Positions 55,326-64,000 of a stretch of 64,000 bases of DNA are shown in pieces. The position numbers were made by a program, and so were the translations under genes. Below the pieces are notes generated by a model. That model worked only from the letters and a program-made list of their open reading frames with translations. It was not told where the DNA came from and ran no database searches. Origin of the DNA: an uncultured beta proteobacterium (GTDB lineage Bacteria; Pseudomonadota; Gammaproteobacteria; Burkholderiales; Burkholderiaceae_C). Location of the stretch: assembly GCA_963750815.1 (NCBI GenBank), contig CAVVRS010000002.1, forward strand, positions 381,442 through 445,441. Reading direction: 5' to 3'. The first letter of the stretch is position 1, and each line of letters begins with the position of its first letter.

Positions 55326-56432
55326 TCAAATTCTCATTGGCATCACTACATATTTGAACGTGGCGTTGTCGGGGATGGTAAACAAGGCAGAGCTATTGCC
55401 GTCAGACAACTCCAGCCTCACCATTTCCTGGTTCATATTGGCAAGTGCATCAATAAGGTAGGTCACGTTGAAGCCAATTTCGATACTGTCACCGGCGTAA
55501 TCAATATCGATTTCGTCGACGGCCTCTTCCTGCTCGGCATTATTGGATGCAACACGCAGGGTGCCTGGCTCGATATTCAGGCGGACGCCCTTGAATTTGT
55601 CGCTGGTCAGAATGGCGGTGCGCTGTAGCGTAGCCAGCAGTGCCGAACGACCCAGTGTGATCGAATTCTTGTGGTTCTTTGGAATCACGCGGTTGTAGTC
55701 CGGAAACTTGCCTTCAACCAATTTTGTGACGAATTCCATGCCATCGAAACTGAATTTAGCCTGGTTGTTGGCAAATTGCATTTCAATAGCCCCCTCGTTA
55801 TCGGACAGCAGACGCTGTAATTCGAGGACGGTTTTACGCGGCAATATGACTTCCTGCTTTGGTACATCGACATCCAGTGTGGCGGAAGCGAAAGCCAAAC
55901 GGTGGCCATCTGTTGCTACCAGGCTGAGTTGTTTTCCCTCTGCCACGAACAAAATGCCGTTAAGGTAATAGCGGATGTCATGCACTGCCATGGAAAAAGA
56001 TACCTGGCTCAGCAGGTCCTTCAATGTTTTTTGCGGCACGCTGAACACCGGACCGAAACTGGCGGCTTCCTGTACCAGGGGAAAGTCTTCGGCGGCCAGG
56101 GTTTGCAGGGTGAACTTGCTCTTGCCACCTCGGAGGATCAGTTTGGCAGCACTCGACTCCAGCGACACTGTCTGATCGGCTGGCATGGTGCGCAGGATAT
56201 CAATCATCTTGCGCGCGCCTACAGTGGTGGTGAAGTCGCCGCTATCTCCTTCGAGTTCTGTAGTGGTTCGAATCTGGATTTCGAGATCGCTGGTGGTGAG
56301 TTGCAGGGATTTACCCGTTTTGCGAATCAATAAATTAGCCAGAATAGGCAAGGTGTGTCGACGCTCGACAATGCCAGCTACCGATTGGAGTACCGATAAA
56401 ACTTTATCCTGTGTGGCCTTCAGTACGATCAT
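55326..56432 (-). CDS. dnaN: DNA polymerase III beta sliding clamp
   Basis: MIVLKATQDKVLSVLQSVAGIVERRHTLPILANLLI...KYVVMPMRI. Confidence 0.95.
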   Translation of the reverse strand: MIVLKATQDKVLSVLQSVAGIVERRHTLPILANLLIRKTGKSLQLTTSDLEIQIRTTTELEGDSGDFTTTVGARKMIDILRTMPADQTVSLESSAAKLILRGGKSKFTLQTLAAEDFPLVQEAASFGPVFSVPQKTLKDLLSQVSFSMAVHDIRYYLNGILFVAEGKQLSLVATDGHRLAFASATLDVDVPKQEVILPRKTVLELQRLLSDNEGAIEMQFANNQAKFSFDGMEFVTKLVEGKFPDYNRVIPKNHKNSITLGRSALLATLQRTAILTSDKFKGVRLNIEPGTLRVASNNAEQEEAVDEIDIDYAGDSIEIGFNVTYLIDALANMNQEMVRLELSDGNSSALFTIPDNATFKYVVMPMRI

Positions 56433-56523
56433 GTCAACCTCTTGTTTAATGTCTTTGATGTAAACCAGCAATGGATGGGAGCTTGTCTTTCAAAACCCGC
56501 ATTTTCCCATTTTTATTTCTGTT

Positions 56524-57936
56524 TCAGCCTTTTAGCGTTTGCTCCAGTACATGAAGTTGCTGATTTAATTCGGTCATTTGCTGGCGTTCGCCGCCAATCT
56601 TTCGAACCGCATGCAAAACGGTGGTGTGATCGCGCCCGCCAAACAATTCTCCAATTTCGGGAAGACTTTTCTGTGTCAGTTCCTTGGCCAGATACATTGC
56701 AATCTGGCGCGGTCGGGCAATGCTGGCCGGGCGCTTTTTTGAATACATGTCGGCAATTTTTATCTTGTAGTAGTCGGCTACTGTTTTCTGGATGTTTTCC
56801 ACCGAAATCTGGCGGTTCTGGATCGACAGCAAATCGCGCAGAGCTTCCCGCGCCAGCAATATCGAGATTTCCTTCTGGTTAAAGCGCGAATAAGCCAGGA
56901 TCTTGCGCAAAGCGCCTTCCAACTCGCGCACATTGGAACGTACATTTTTGGCCACAAAGAACGCAACTTCTTCTGGCATCACAATACCTTCAACCTGTGC
57001 CTTGTTGATCAGGATGGCAACTCGCATCTCCAGTTCGGGGGGCTCGATTGCCACCGTCAATCCTGAATCAAAACGTGAAACAAGGCGTTCATGAATATCT
57101 GTCAGACCCTTTGGGTAGGTGTCACTGGTCATTACGATATGCGATTTTTTCGCCAGCAAGGCTTCAAACGCGTTGAAAAACTCTTCCTGGGTGCGTTCCT
57201 TGTTAGCGAAGAACTGAACGTCGTCAATCAGCAGTAAATCGAGAGAGTGATAACGTTCCTTGAATTCATCAAAAGTTTTGCGTTGATAGGCCTTAACCAC
57301 ATCCGATACGAATTGTTCTGCATGGATGTAGAGAACTTTCGCGTTGGGCAGGTTGGCCAGCAACTTGTTGCCCACGGCGTGCATCAAGTGTGTTTTGCCC
57401 AAACCGACACCACCGTAAATGAAGAGAGGGTTGTACAGGTGCCCGGGCATGCCAGCGACATGCATGGCTGCGGCGCGCGCCATGCGATTGGCACTACCTT
57501 CAATCAAGGTGTCAAAAGTCAAGGCTGTGTTGAGTCGGTTCTTGAGGCTGCTGAGGATTCGCTCTTCGCCCAACTCAGTAGCGTCCTCCATCGGTATCGA
57601 CTCAACGGAGCGTGCAAGAGAATTCAACCTAACGGGAGCTTCTTTCGGAGCGAGCACTAACTCCAAATAAACCGGTTGGCCAGAAAATCGTCCCAAAAGA
57701 CTGGTAATGCGGGCGCTGTACTGCGCCCTGACCCAGTCCAGTTTGAATCGGTTGGCGACAAAAATGGTGACTTTGGAAAGGTCGTCTGAGATCAGCGCAG
57801 ACAATGGCTTTATCCAGGTATTGAACTGTTGCTCCGGGAGCTCCTGAGCCAATTGGTCGACACAGGTTTGCCACAGACTTTGTCCCGCGCCGTGAGCGTC
57901 AGAACCTGACTTTTCCCTGTAGTGTCCCTCTGTCAT
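56524..57936 (-). CDS. dnaA: Chromosomal replication initiator protein DnaA
   Basis: AAA+ Walker [20 protein letters not shown], and the C-terminal DNA-binding [11 protein letters not shown]. Confidence 0.95.
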   Translation of the reverse strand: MTEGHYREKSGSDAHGAGQSLWQTCVDQLAQELPEQQFNTWIKPLSALISDDLSKVTIFVANRFKLDWVRAQYSARITSLLGRFSGQPVYLELVLAPKEAPVRLNSLARSVESIPMEDATELGEERILSSLKNRLNTALTFDTLIEGSANRMARAAAMHVAGMPGHLYNPLFIYGGVGLGKTHLMHAVGNKLLANLPNAKVLYIHAEQFVSDVVKAYQRKTFDEFKERYHSLDLLLIDDVQFFANKERTQEEFFNAFEALLAKKSHIVMTSDTYPKGLTDIHERLVSRFDSGLTVAIEPPELEMRVAILINKAQVEGIVMPEEVAFFVAKNVRSNVRELEGALRKILAYSRFNQKEISILLAREALRDLLSIQNRQISVENIQKTVADYYKIKIADMYSKKRPASIARPRQIAMYLAKELTQKSLPEIGELFGGRDHTTVLHAVRKIGGERQQMTELNQQLHVLEQTLKG

Positions 57937-57952
57937 TGTTGTTGCCGGCTTC

Positions 57953-58010
57953 TGTGGATAGTTTGGAATTGTTCTTGCTGGGATTGTAATTTATGAAGAA
58001 TTTATCCACA
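57953..58010. promoter_or_regulatory. DnaA boxes in the dnaA-rpmH divergent intergenic region
   Basis: TGTGGATAG (57953-57961, 8 of 9 to the consensus complement) and a perfect TTATCCACA (58002-58010). Confidence 0.55.
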
Positions 58011-58066
58011 AGCTGAAAGAATCGGGCCGTACCTCCGGTATTACACGCTTTAAGCGATGTAAGGTG

Positions 58067-58095
58067 TTGCCGGCATTCGGAAAATTTGCGATAAT
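58067..58095 (+). promoter_or_regulatory. Candidate rpmH promoter
   Basis: TTGCCG, a 17-nt spacer, then GATAAT. About 95 nt upstream of the rpmH ATG. Confidence 0.35.
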
Positions 58096-58189
58096 CGTCG
58101 GTTCCCCTGATTGTCCAGGGGAGACAAGACAATGGCCCGCTGTCAGTGATTGGTGGTGGGTCGCCATTGAGCCATTTAGGATTTCCAAT

Positions 58190-58324
58190 ATGAAACGCAC
58201 TTACCAACCCTCCAAGATTCGCCGCGCCCGCACTCATGGCTTTCTGATTCGCATGAAAACCCGTGGTGGTCGCGCTGTGATTAACGCCCGTCGCGCTAAA
58301 GGCCGCAAGCGTCTGGCGGTTTGA
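58190..58324 (+). CDS. rpmH: 50S ribosomal protein L34
   Basis: [44 protein letters not shown]. Confidence 0.95.
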   Translation: MKRTYQPSKIRRARTHGFLIRMKTRGGRAVINARRAKGRKRLAV

Positions 58325-58354
58325 TTCTGTCTGCCCGGATGGCGAGCACCTGAC

Positions 58355-58825
58355 TTGCAGTTTTGGCGCCTATTCAAATTGCAGCGACTAAAAAACCGGA
58401 ACCAGTTCCAGGTAGTACTGGCCGGTGGGACCGTGGCGCGAACATCCCATTTTGCTTTGCATCGTAGTGCACTGGATGGTCCTTTGGTCAAGCAAGGGCC
58501 GTCCCCGGATCCCATCGGAGCATCATCGGCGTTGTTTGCGGTGAAGGACGTATGGATTGGAGCCATAGTGCCAAAGCGATGGGCCAAACGGGCCGTTACG
58601 CGTAACGCCATCAAGCGCCAGATTTACAGCGTCAGTACCGAGTTCGAATCAATGCTTGCGTTGACCGCACACGTAGTGCGCTTGCGGGCCGGTTTTGAAC
58701 GCACCCAATTTATCAGCGCAACATCCGGACTGTTTAAAACCGCCGTTCGACAAGAGTTGCAGCAGTTGTTTGAGAGCAGCGTGGCACGGCCAACAGCATC
58801 GATTATCCGGGTTGGTTTGACATGA
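58355..58825 (+). CDS. rnpA: Ribonuclease P protein component
   Basis: LQRLKNRNQFQVVL... directly after rpmH. The start is non-ATG (TTG at 58355 or 58379), so its position is uncertain. Confidence 0.8.
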   Translation: MQFWRLFKLQRLKNRNQFQVVLAGGTVARTSHFALHRSALDGPLVKQGPSPDPIGASSALFAVKDVWIGAIVPKRWAKRAVTRNAIKRQIYSVSTEFESMLALTAHVVRLRAGFERTQFISATSGLFKTAVRQELQQLFESSVARPTASIIRVGLT

Positions 58826-59094
58826 TCAAAGTCTGGCTGATCGGGATGGTTAAAGGTTACCGCTTGTTGCTCAGTCCCTGGCTGGGCTCGGCTTGCCGGT
58901 TTGAGCCCACATGCTCCGAATATTCGTTACAGGCTTTGCGACTGCACGATGCAACAGCGGGCACTTATTTGACCCTGAAGCGTCTGGCTCGCTGTCATCC
59001 CTGGTGTGCAGGTGGCACTGATCCGGTGCCGACTGAAAAACCCCGGCTTTTTACCCAGCTGTTCCCCTCTTCCACTCAAAAGAAGTCTTCATGA
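58822..59094 (+). CDS. yidD: Membrane protein insertion efficiency factor YidD
   Basis: YRLLLSPWLGSACRFEPTCSEYSLQAL...RCHPW. Confidence 0.9.
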   Translation: MIKVWLIGMVKGYRLLLSPWLGSACRFEPTCSEYSLQALRLHDATAGTYLTLKRLARCHPWCAGGTDPVPTEKPRLFTQLFPSSTQKKSS

Positions 59095-60785
59095 ATGATA
59101 TTCGCCGCACCATTTTGTGGGTGATTTTTGGCTTTTCCATGGTGTTGCTATGGGATCAATGGCAGGTTTACAACGGCCATAAAGCCACTTTTTTTCCGGG
59201 CCAATCAAAAATTGCGACGGCAATCACGGTCCCGGCTGCGCCTTCAAGTGTTCCAACACTTGTTTCGGCTGTAAATGCAGTAGCTGGCGTCACAACCCCA
59301 ATATCTTCTGGTTTGGGTGTTTCGGCTATGCCGCACGAGCGGCTGGTTGTTGTGACCGATGTGCTCAAGCTGACGTTTGATACAGAGGGGGGGTCTCTGT
59401 TGCAGACGGAATTCCTCCGGCATGCCGATATGGCGGACAAGAACAAAAATTTTGTCTTGCTTGATGAGAATAAGGACCGTACCTACGTTGCCCAAACGGG
59501 CTTGATTGCCGGAGCTGCAGGAGGAGCTTTTCCAACGCACAAAACAGTTATGACGGTGGCGCCGGGTGAACGAACTCTGAAGGAAGGCGTCAATGAACTG
59601 GTCGTCCGGTTTGTGTCTCCTGAATTGGGAGGTGTCAAACTCGTGAAAACGTTTGTCCTGACTCGTGGTTCCTACGCCGTAGCGGTCAAGCACGAGGTAA
59701 TCAACAGCAGTGCTGTCGCACAGTCGCCCCAGCTCTATCTGCAATTGGTACGTGATGGAAACAAGCCTTTGGGGGAATCTTCTTTTTATTCCACATTTAC
59801 CGGTCCGGCAATTTATACCGACGCCAAGAAATACCAGAAAGTGGAATTTAAGGACATCGAAAACAACAAGGTCGACATAGAGAAAACTGCCGAAAACGGC
59901 TATGTCGCCATGGTGCAGCATTACTTCGCCAGCGCCTGGTTGCTGGGCGATGGCATCAAACGCGATCTATTCATGCGCAAGGTTGATGCCAACCTGTATG
60001 CCGTTGGCATGATTACCTCGCTGAACGATATCGCGCCAGGTGCCAGTAGGACGATAGAGGCCAAATTTTTCGCCGGTCCACAGGAAGAAAAAGTGCTTGA
60101 ATCGTTGGCGCCCGGGCTGGAGTTGGTGAAGGACTACGGTTGGTTGACCATCATTGCCAAGCCCTTGTACTGGCTGCTCGACAAAATAGAGCATTTCATC
60201 GGCAATTGGGGCTGGTCGATCATGGCATTGGTGTTGCTGCTGAAAGCTGCTTTTTACTGGCTCAACGCCAAAGCCTATGCCAGTATGGCGAAAATGAAGG
60301 CGATCAACCCGAAAATCAGCGAAATGCGGGAGCGGTTGAAGGAGAGCCCGCAACAGATGCAGCAAGAAATGATGCGAATCTATCGTGAAGAAAAAGTCAA
60401 TCCGATGGGCGGCTGTTTTCCAATCATGATTCAGATTCCGGTGTTTATTGCCTTGTACTGGGTATTACTGTCCAGTGTCGAGATGCGCAACGCGCCATGG
60501 GTCATGTGGATTCATGATCTCTCGTCGCCCGATCCCTTTTATATCCTGCCGATCGTCATGACCCTAACCACGGTGCTGCAAACGGCGCTGAATCCGGCGC
60601 CACCAGACCCGATGCAGGCCAAAATGATGTGGTTCATGCCATTGGCGTTCAGTGTGATGTTCTTCTTCTTCCCGGCAGGTCTGGTGTTGTACTGGATCAC
60701 CAATAACGTTTTGTCGATCGCCCAGCAATGGGTTATCAACACCCGCATGGGCGTGCCACCGCAATTCAACCTGCCTAAGTTCTAA
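59091..60785 (+). CDS. yidC: Membrane protein insertase YidC
   Basis: N-terminal anchor, a large periplasmic domain, and the C-terminal 60-kDa inner membrane protein core ([29 protein letters not shown]). Confidence 0.95.
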   Translation: MNDIRRTILWVIFGFSMVLLWDQWQVYNGHKATFFPGQSKIATAITVPAAPSSVPTLVSAVNAVAGVTTPISSGLGVSAMPHERLVVVTDVLKLTFDTEGGSLLQTEFLRHADMADKNKNFVLLDENKDRTYVAQTGLIAGAAGGAFPTHKTVMTVAPGERTLKEGVNELVVRFVSPELGGVKLVKTFVLTRGSYAVAVKHEVINSSAVAQSPQLYLQLVRDGNKPLGESSFYSTFTGPAIYTDAKKYQKVEFKDIENNKVDIEKTAENGYVAMVQHYFASAWLLGDGIKRDLFMRKVDANLYAVGMITSLNDIAPGASRTIEAKFFAGPQEEKVLESLAPGLELVKDYGWLTIIAKPLYWLLDKIEHFIGNWGWSIMALVLLLKAAFYWLNAKAYASMAKMKAINPKISEMRERLKESPQQMQQEMMRIYREEKVNPMGGCFPIMIQIPVFIALYWVLLSSVEMRNAPWVMWIHDLSSPDPFYILPIVMTLTTVLQTALNPAPPDPMQAKMMWFMPLAFSVMFFFFPAGLVLYWITNNVLSIAQQWVINTRMGVPPQFNLPKF

Positions 60786-60814
60786 AGCCTGCCTCCGGCG
60801 GCAACGGATCTTTC

Positions 60815-62224
60815 ATGGTATTGCCACGCTACCGGGACCCCATTGCGGCGATTGCTACCGCCTCTGGACGGGGTGCTGTCGGCATTGTGCGGGTCAGCGG
60901 CAAAAAAATAGGCGCACTGGTTCAGGCACTCTGTGGCCGACAACTCAAGCCGCGCGAGGCGACCTACCTGCCATTTCTTGACCGGGCTGGCCTGGGGATT
61001 GACCAGGGCCTGGCCCTTTACTTCGCGGCGCCACACTCATTCACTGGCGAGGATGTGCTTGAGTTGCAGGCGCATGGTGGACCAGTGGTGCTGCAACTTC
61101 TGCTGGCCAGGTGCCTGCAAGCCGGCGCCGAACCTGATCCAGACACTCAAAAACCCCGGTTGGCAGGATTGCGCATCGCCCTGCCCGGTGAATTTTCCGA
61201 ACGCGCTTTCCTCAACGGAAAAATTGATTTGGCGCAAGCCGAGGCCATTGCGGATCTGATTGATGCCAGTACCGAAGCCGCGGCTCGCAGTGCCGGGCGC
61301 TCCTTGTCGGGCGTGTTTTCCAAAGAAATCCATGGCCTGCGTGACGCATTGGTTCGATTGCGCGTACTGGTCGAGGCGACGCTGGACTTTCCTGAAGAAG
61401 AAATCGACTTTCTTACAAAGGCAGATGCACGTGGTCAGCTATCAAAATTGAAGCAAACTGTGGATGCCGTGTTGCAACGAGCGCGCCAGGGGGCGTTGTT
61501 GCGAGAAGGCATCAAGGTGGTCATCGTGGGACAGCCAAACGCTGGCAAGTCGTCGCTGCTCAACGCACTCGCTGGGGCCGAGCTGGCAATCGTGACTCCG
61601 TTTGCCGGTACGACGCGTGACATGGTGCAGCAAACCATCCAGATCGAGGGGGTACCAATACATGTGATCGACACTGCTGGCCTGCGCCATAGTGATGACG
61701 AAATTGAAAAAATCGGCATTGGGCGCGCTTGGGATGCCATAGCGACGGCTGACGTGGTTCTGTTTATGCATGATTTGACGCAAAACCATGCTATCGATTA
61801 CATAGTTGCTGACACTCGAATTGCGGGCGCCATCATCCAAAAGTTGCCTGTAGAAGTGCCAGTCATCGATGTCTGGAACAAGGCCGATGCCGTATTGAGT
61901 TCTGAGCGCCACGTGGGTTTGACGGTGTCGGCCAAATCGGGGTCGGGTCTGGACGCATTGCGTCAGAAACTGCTGGCGGTGGTCGGTTGGCAGTCAGCGC
62001 CGGAGGGTCTCTTCATCGCACGTGAGCGCCATGTTCAGGCGTTGCGGCAAGTGGATGAGCATTTAAGATTGGCCGGTAGCCATTTTGCGGCAGATGCTCA
62101 GGCGCTGGATCTGCTGGCGGAAGAACTTCGACTGGCGCAAAACGCCTTAAGCGAAATTACCGGTGAATTCACTTCCGATGACCTGCTCGGGGCCATTTTT
62201 TCAAATTTCTGCATTGGCAAATAA
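60815..62224 (+). CDS. mnmE: tRNA modification GTPase MnmE (TrmE)
   Basis: [23 protein letters not shown]-domain [12 protein letters not shown], and the C-terminal FCIGK. Confidence 0.95.
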   Translation: MVLPRYRDPIAAIATASGRGAVGIVRVSGKKIGALVQALCGRQLKPREATYLPFLDRAGLGIDQGLALYFAAPHSFTGEDVLELQAHGGPVVLQLLLARCLQAGAEPDPDTQKPRLAGLRIALPGEFSERAFLNGKIDLAQAEAIADLIDASTEAAARSAGRSLSGVFSKEIHGLRDALVRLRVLVEATLDFPEEEIDFLTKADARGQLSKLKQTVDAVLQRARQGALLREGIKVVIVGQPNAGKSSLLNALAGAELAIVTPFAGTTRDMVQQTIQIEGVPIHVIDTAGLRHSDDEIEKIGIGRAWDAIATADVVLFMHDLTQNHAIDYIVADTRIAGAIIQKLPVEVPVIDVWNKADAVLSSERHVGLTVSAKSGSGLDALRQKLLAVVGWQSAPEGLFIARERHVQALRQVDEHLRLAGSHFAADAQALDLLAEELRLAQNALSEITGEFTSDDLLGAIFSNFCIGK

Positions 62225-62239
62225 ATGTACAGTCAAGAT

Positions 62240-62794
62240 TCAAGGCCCGGCGAAATCAATCAGGGTGAAAAGCGGCAGTCCGGAGGCCCTGAGTCTGTCA
62301 GAGCCGCCCAATTCCGGCAGGTCAACGATGGCCGCTCCTTCCATAACTTGCGCACCAAGTTTTTCAAGTAATTTTTTGCCTGCCATCATGGTGCCACCGG
62401 TGGCAATCAAATCATCAATCAGCAGTACGCGCTGTCCTGGCTGGACGGCGTCGGTATGTAACTCGACGGTTGCGCTACCGTATTCCAGCTCGTAGGTTTC
62501 AGCCACAGTTGTGAAGGGCAACTTGCCTTTTTTGCGGATTGGCACGAAGCCCACATTCAATTCATATGCCACCACAGCGCCCAAAATAAAGCCCCGCGCA
62601 TCCAGCCCCGCCACCACATCAGGTCGCATGGCAGGCTCCATGTAACGATGGACAAAGGCGTCGATCAAAACACGGAACACCCTGGCTTCCTGCAACAAAG
62701 GGGTGATATCACGAAACTGAACCCCTGGTGCTGGCCAATCAGGCACAGTTCGGATGTGATCTCTGAGGTACTGGTTGACACTGAGGTTTTGCAT
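62240..62794 (-). CDS. apt: Adenine phosphoribosyltransferase
   Basis: [21 protein letters not shown] and the PRPP motif [13 protein letters not shown]. Start at MQNLSV (62794). Confidence 0.9.
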   Translation of the reverse strand: MQNLSVNQYLRDHIRTVPDWPAPGVQFRDITPLLQEARVFRVLIDAFVHRYMEPAMRPDVVAGLDARGFILGAVVAYELNVGFVPIRKKGKLPFTTVAETYELEYGSATVELHTDAVQPGQRVLLIDDLIATGGTMMAGKKLLEKLGAQVMEGAAIVDLPELGGSDRLRASGLPLFTLIDFAGP

Positions 62795-62859
62795 GGTAGA
62801 TCGATGTCGCGTTAATACTGTATTGTGCATTGAGCCGAACCGCTGTACCGGGTCTGAAA

Positions 62860-64000
62860 TCAGCCCTTGAAGAATGTTTGTTCGACCTGCGCCAGCGACT
62901 CGGCCTGTCCAGAGAGTAGCAGCGAATCGCCATCTTCAATCAGCGGGTCCTGCGTGATCGGCACCACCTTGCCGCTGCTGCGCCGCAAGCTGACGATGCG
63001 AACATTGGGTATGTGAAGAGCCAGCTGGCTGAGTGGTTGGCCAATGGAGCTGGCGCCCGGTGGCAAAGTCAGCGCCGACAATCGCTCCTGGTGCAGTTCG
63101 TCCAATGAATCATCGTCTGCTCCGTGGAAGTAGCCACGCAGTAGTTGGTAACGCGCATCACGCTGATCCTGCACAATGCGAATCACGCGTCGCATCGGTA
63201 CGCCGACCAGGGCGAGTGCGTGGCTGGCCAACATAAGCGAACCTTCAATCGCTTCTGGAACCACTTCGGTGGCGCCTGCCTGCTGCAGCGCTTCCAGATC
63301 ATGGTCGTCCTGCGTTCGTACAATGACCGGAACCTGTGGTGCATGGGTCCGGGTATGGGACAGTACCCTGACGGCGCCCGGCACTTCAAGATAGGTGATG
63401 ACGACGGCACTAGCACGTGCCAGCCCTGCGGCCATTAGTGCCTGAAGACGGGTGGCGTCGCCGAAGACAACCGAGTCTCCGGCTGCTGCTGCCTGGCGTA
63501 CCCGGTCCGGATCGAGGTCCAGCGCCATGTAGGGAATGCCCTCGAGATCCAGTATGCGCGCCAGGTTTTGCCCGCAGCGGCCAAAACCGCAGATGATTAC
63601 ATGCTTGTTGACGTTAATTGATCTGCGGGCAATTTTGGTCATTTGCAGCGACTGTTGCAGCCACTCACTGCTCACCAGCTTCATCACAATGCGGTTGCTG
63701 TACAGAACGATGAAGGGCGTGGCCAGCATCGAGAGCACCATGCTCGCCAGAATCGGGTTCAGCAACTCCGGTGGTACAAGTGCGTTGGCTTGGGCGAGCG
63801 TCAGCAACACAAATCCGAATTCCCCAGCCTGTGCCAGGTACAGGCCGGTGCGCAGGGACACGCCAGGCGGCGCACCCAGGCCGCGTGCGAGCAAGGTCAC
63901 CAGTGCGGCCTTGAACAACACCGGCAGAGTGACCAGCAATAACACCAGGCTCCAGTGCTCCAGCACCAATCGCCAATCGAGCATCATGCCTATGCTGATA
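62860..64000 (-). CDS. Monovalent cation:proton antiporter-2 (KefB/KefC-like), C-terminal part; the gene continues beyond the window
   Basis: Last TM helices, then a TrkA-N Rossmann domain ([14 protein letters not shown]) and a TrkA-C domain. The reading frame stays open to the right edge. Confidence 0.8.
   Translation of the reverse strand, partial: ISIGMMLDWRLVLEHWSLVLLLVTLPVLFKAALVTLLARGLGAPPGVSLRTGLYLAQAGEFGFVLLTLAQANALVPPELLNPILASMVLSMLATPFIVLYSNRIVMKLVSSEWLQQSLQMTKIARRSINVNKHVIICGFGRCGQNLARILDLEGIPYMALDLDPDRVRQAAAAGDSVVFGDATRLQALMAAGLARASAVVITYLEVPGAVRVLSHTRTHAPQVPVIVRTQDDHDLEALQQAGATEVVPEAIEGSLMLASHALALVGVPMRRVIRIVQDQRDARYQLLRGYFHGADDDSLDELHQERLSALTLPPGASSIGQPLSQLALHIPNVRIVSLRRSSGKVVPITQDPLIEDGDSLLLSGQAESLAQVEQTFFKG

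Overview
GC-rich chromosomal segment. Gene content and protein sequences suggest a betaproteobacterium, possibly Comamonadaceae-like, but that is inference and no search was run. The window covers the replication-origin neighbourhood: mnmG-rsmG-(lysE)-parA-(hydrolase)-parB on the minus strand at 32.8-38.6 kb, and gyrB-dnaN-dnaA diverging from rpmH-rnpA-yidD-yidC-mnmE at 52.6-62.2 kb. The left third (1.4-20.3 kb) is sulfur-themed. It holds a frameshifted sulfate-binding protein gene, an MBL-fold persulfide-dioxygenase-like gene with a TauE/SafE exporter, a DevBCA-like ABC exporter, a Crp/Fnr regulator, a tight five-gene operon (octaheme cytochrome c, cytochrome b, outer-membrane barrel, small Cys-terminated periplasmic protein, triple-rhodanese protein), a thioredoxin-ArsR pair, and an intact sbp-cysTWA sulfate transporter. 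The rest is feoAB, a TPP-enzyme/FAD-dehydrogenase/TetR/acetoacetyl-CoA synthetase cluster, housekeeping genes, a GGDEF plus MinD-like pair, a copA / copZ-cueR copper module with mirrored MerR-type operators, and assorted small membrane and stress genes. I found no rRNA, tRNA, CRISPR array, IS element or prophage. The best candidate for an undescribed system is the octaheme-cytochrome / porin / carrier / rhodanese operon at 8.9-14.6 kb and its putative redox or persulfide-sensing regulators. Other points of interest are a ~49-bp double-hairpin repeat family that also occurs inside two coding regions, two DnaA-box clusters, and an apparent frameshift in one sbp paralog. All functional calls rest on reading the translated ORFs and on recalled family signatures. 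No database search was possible.
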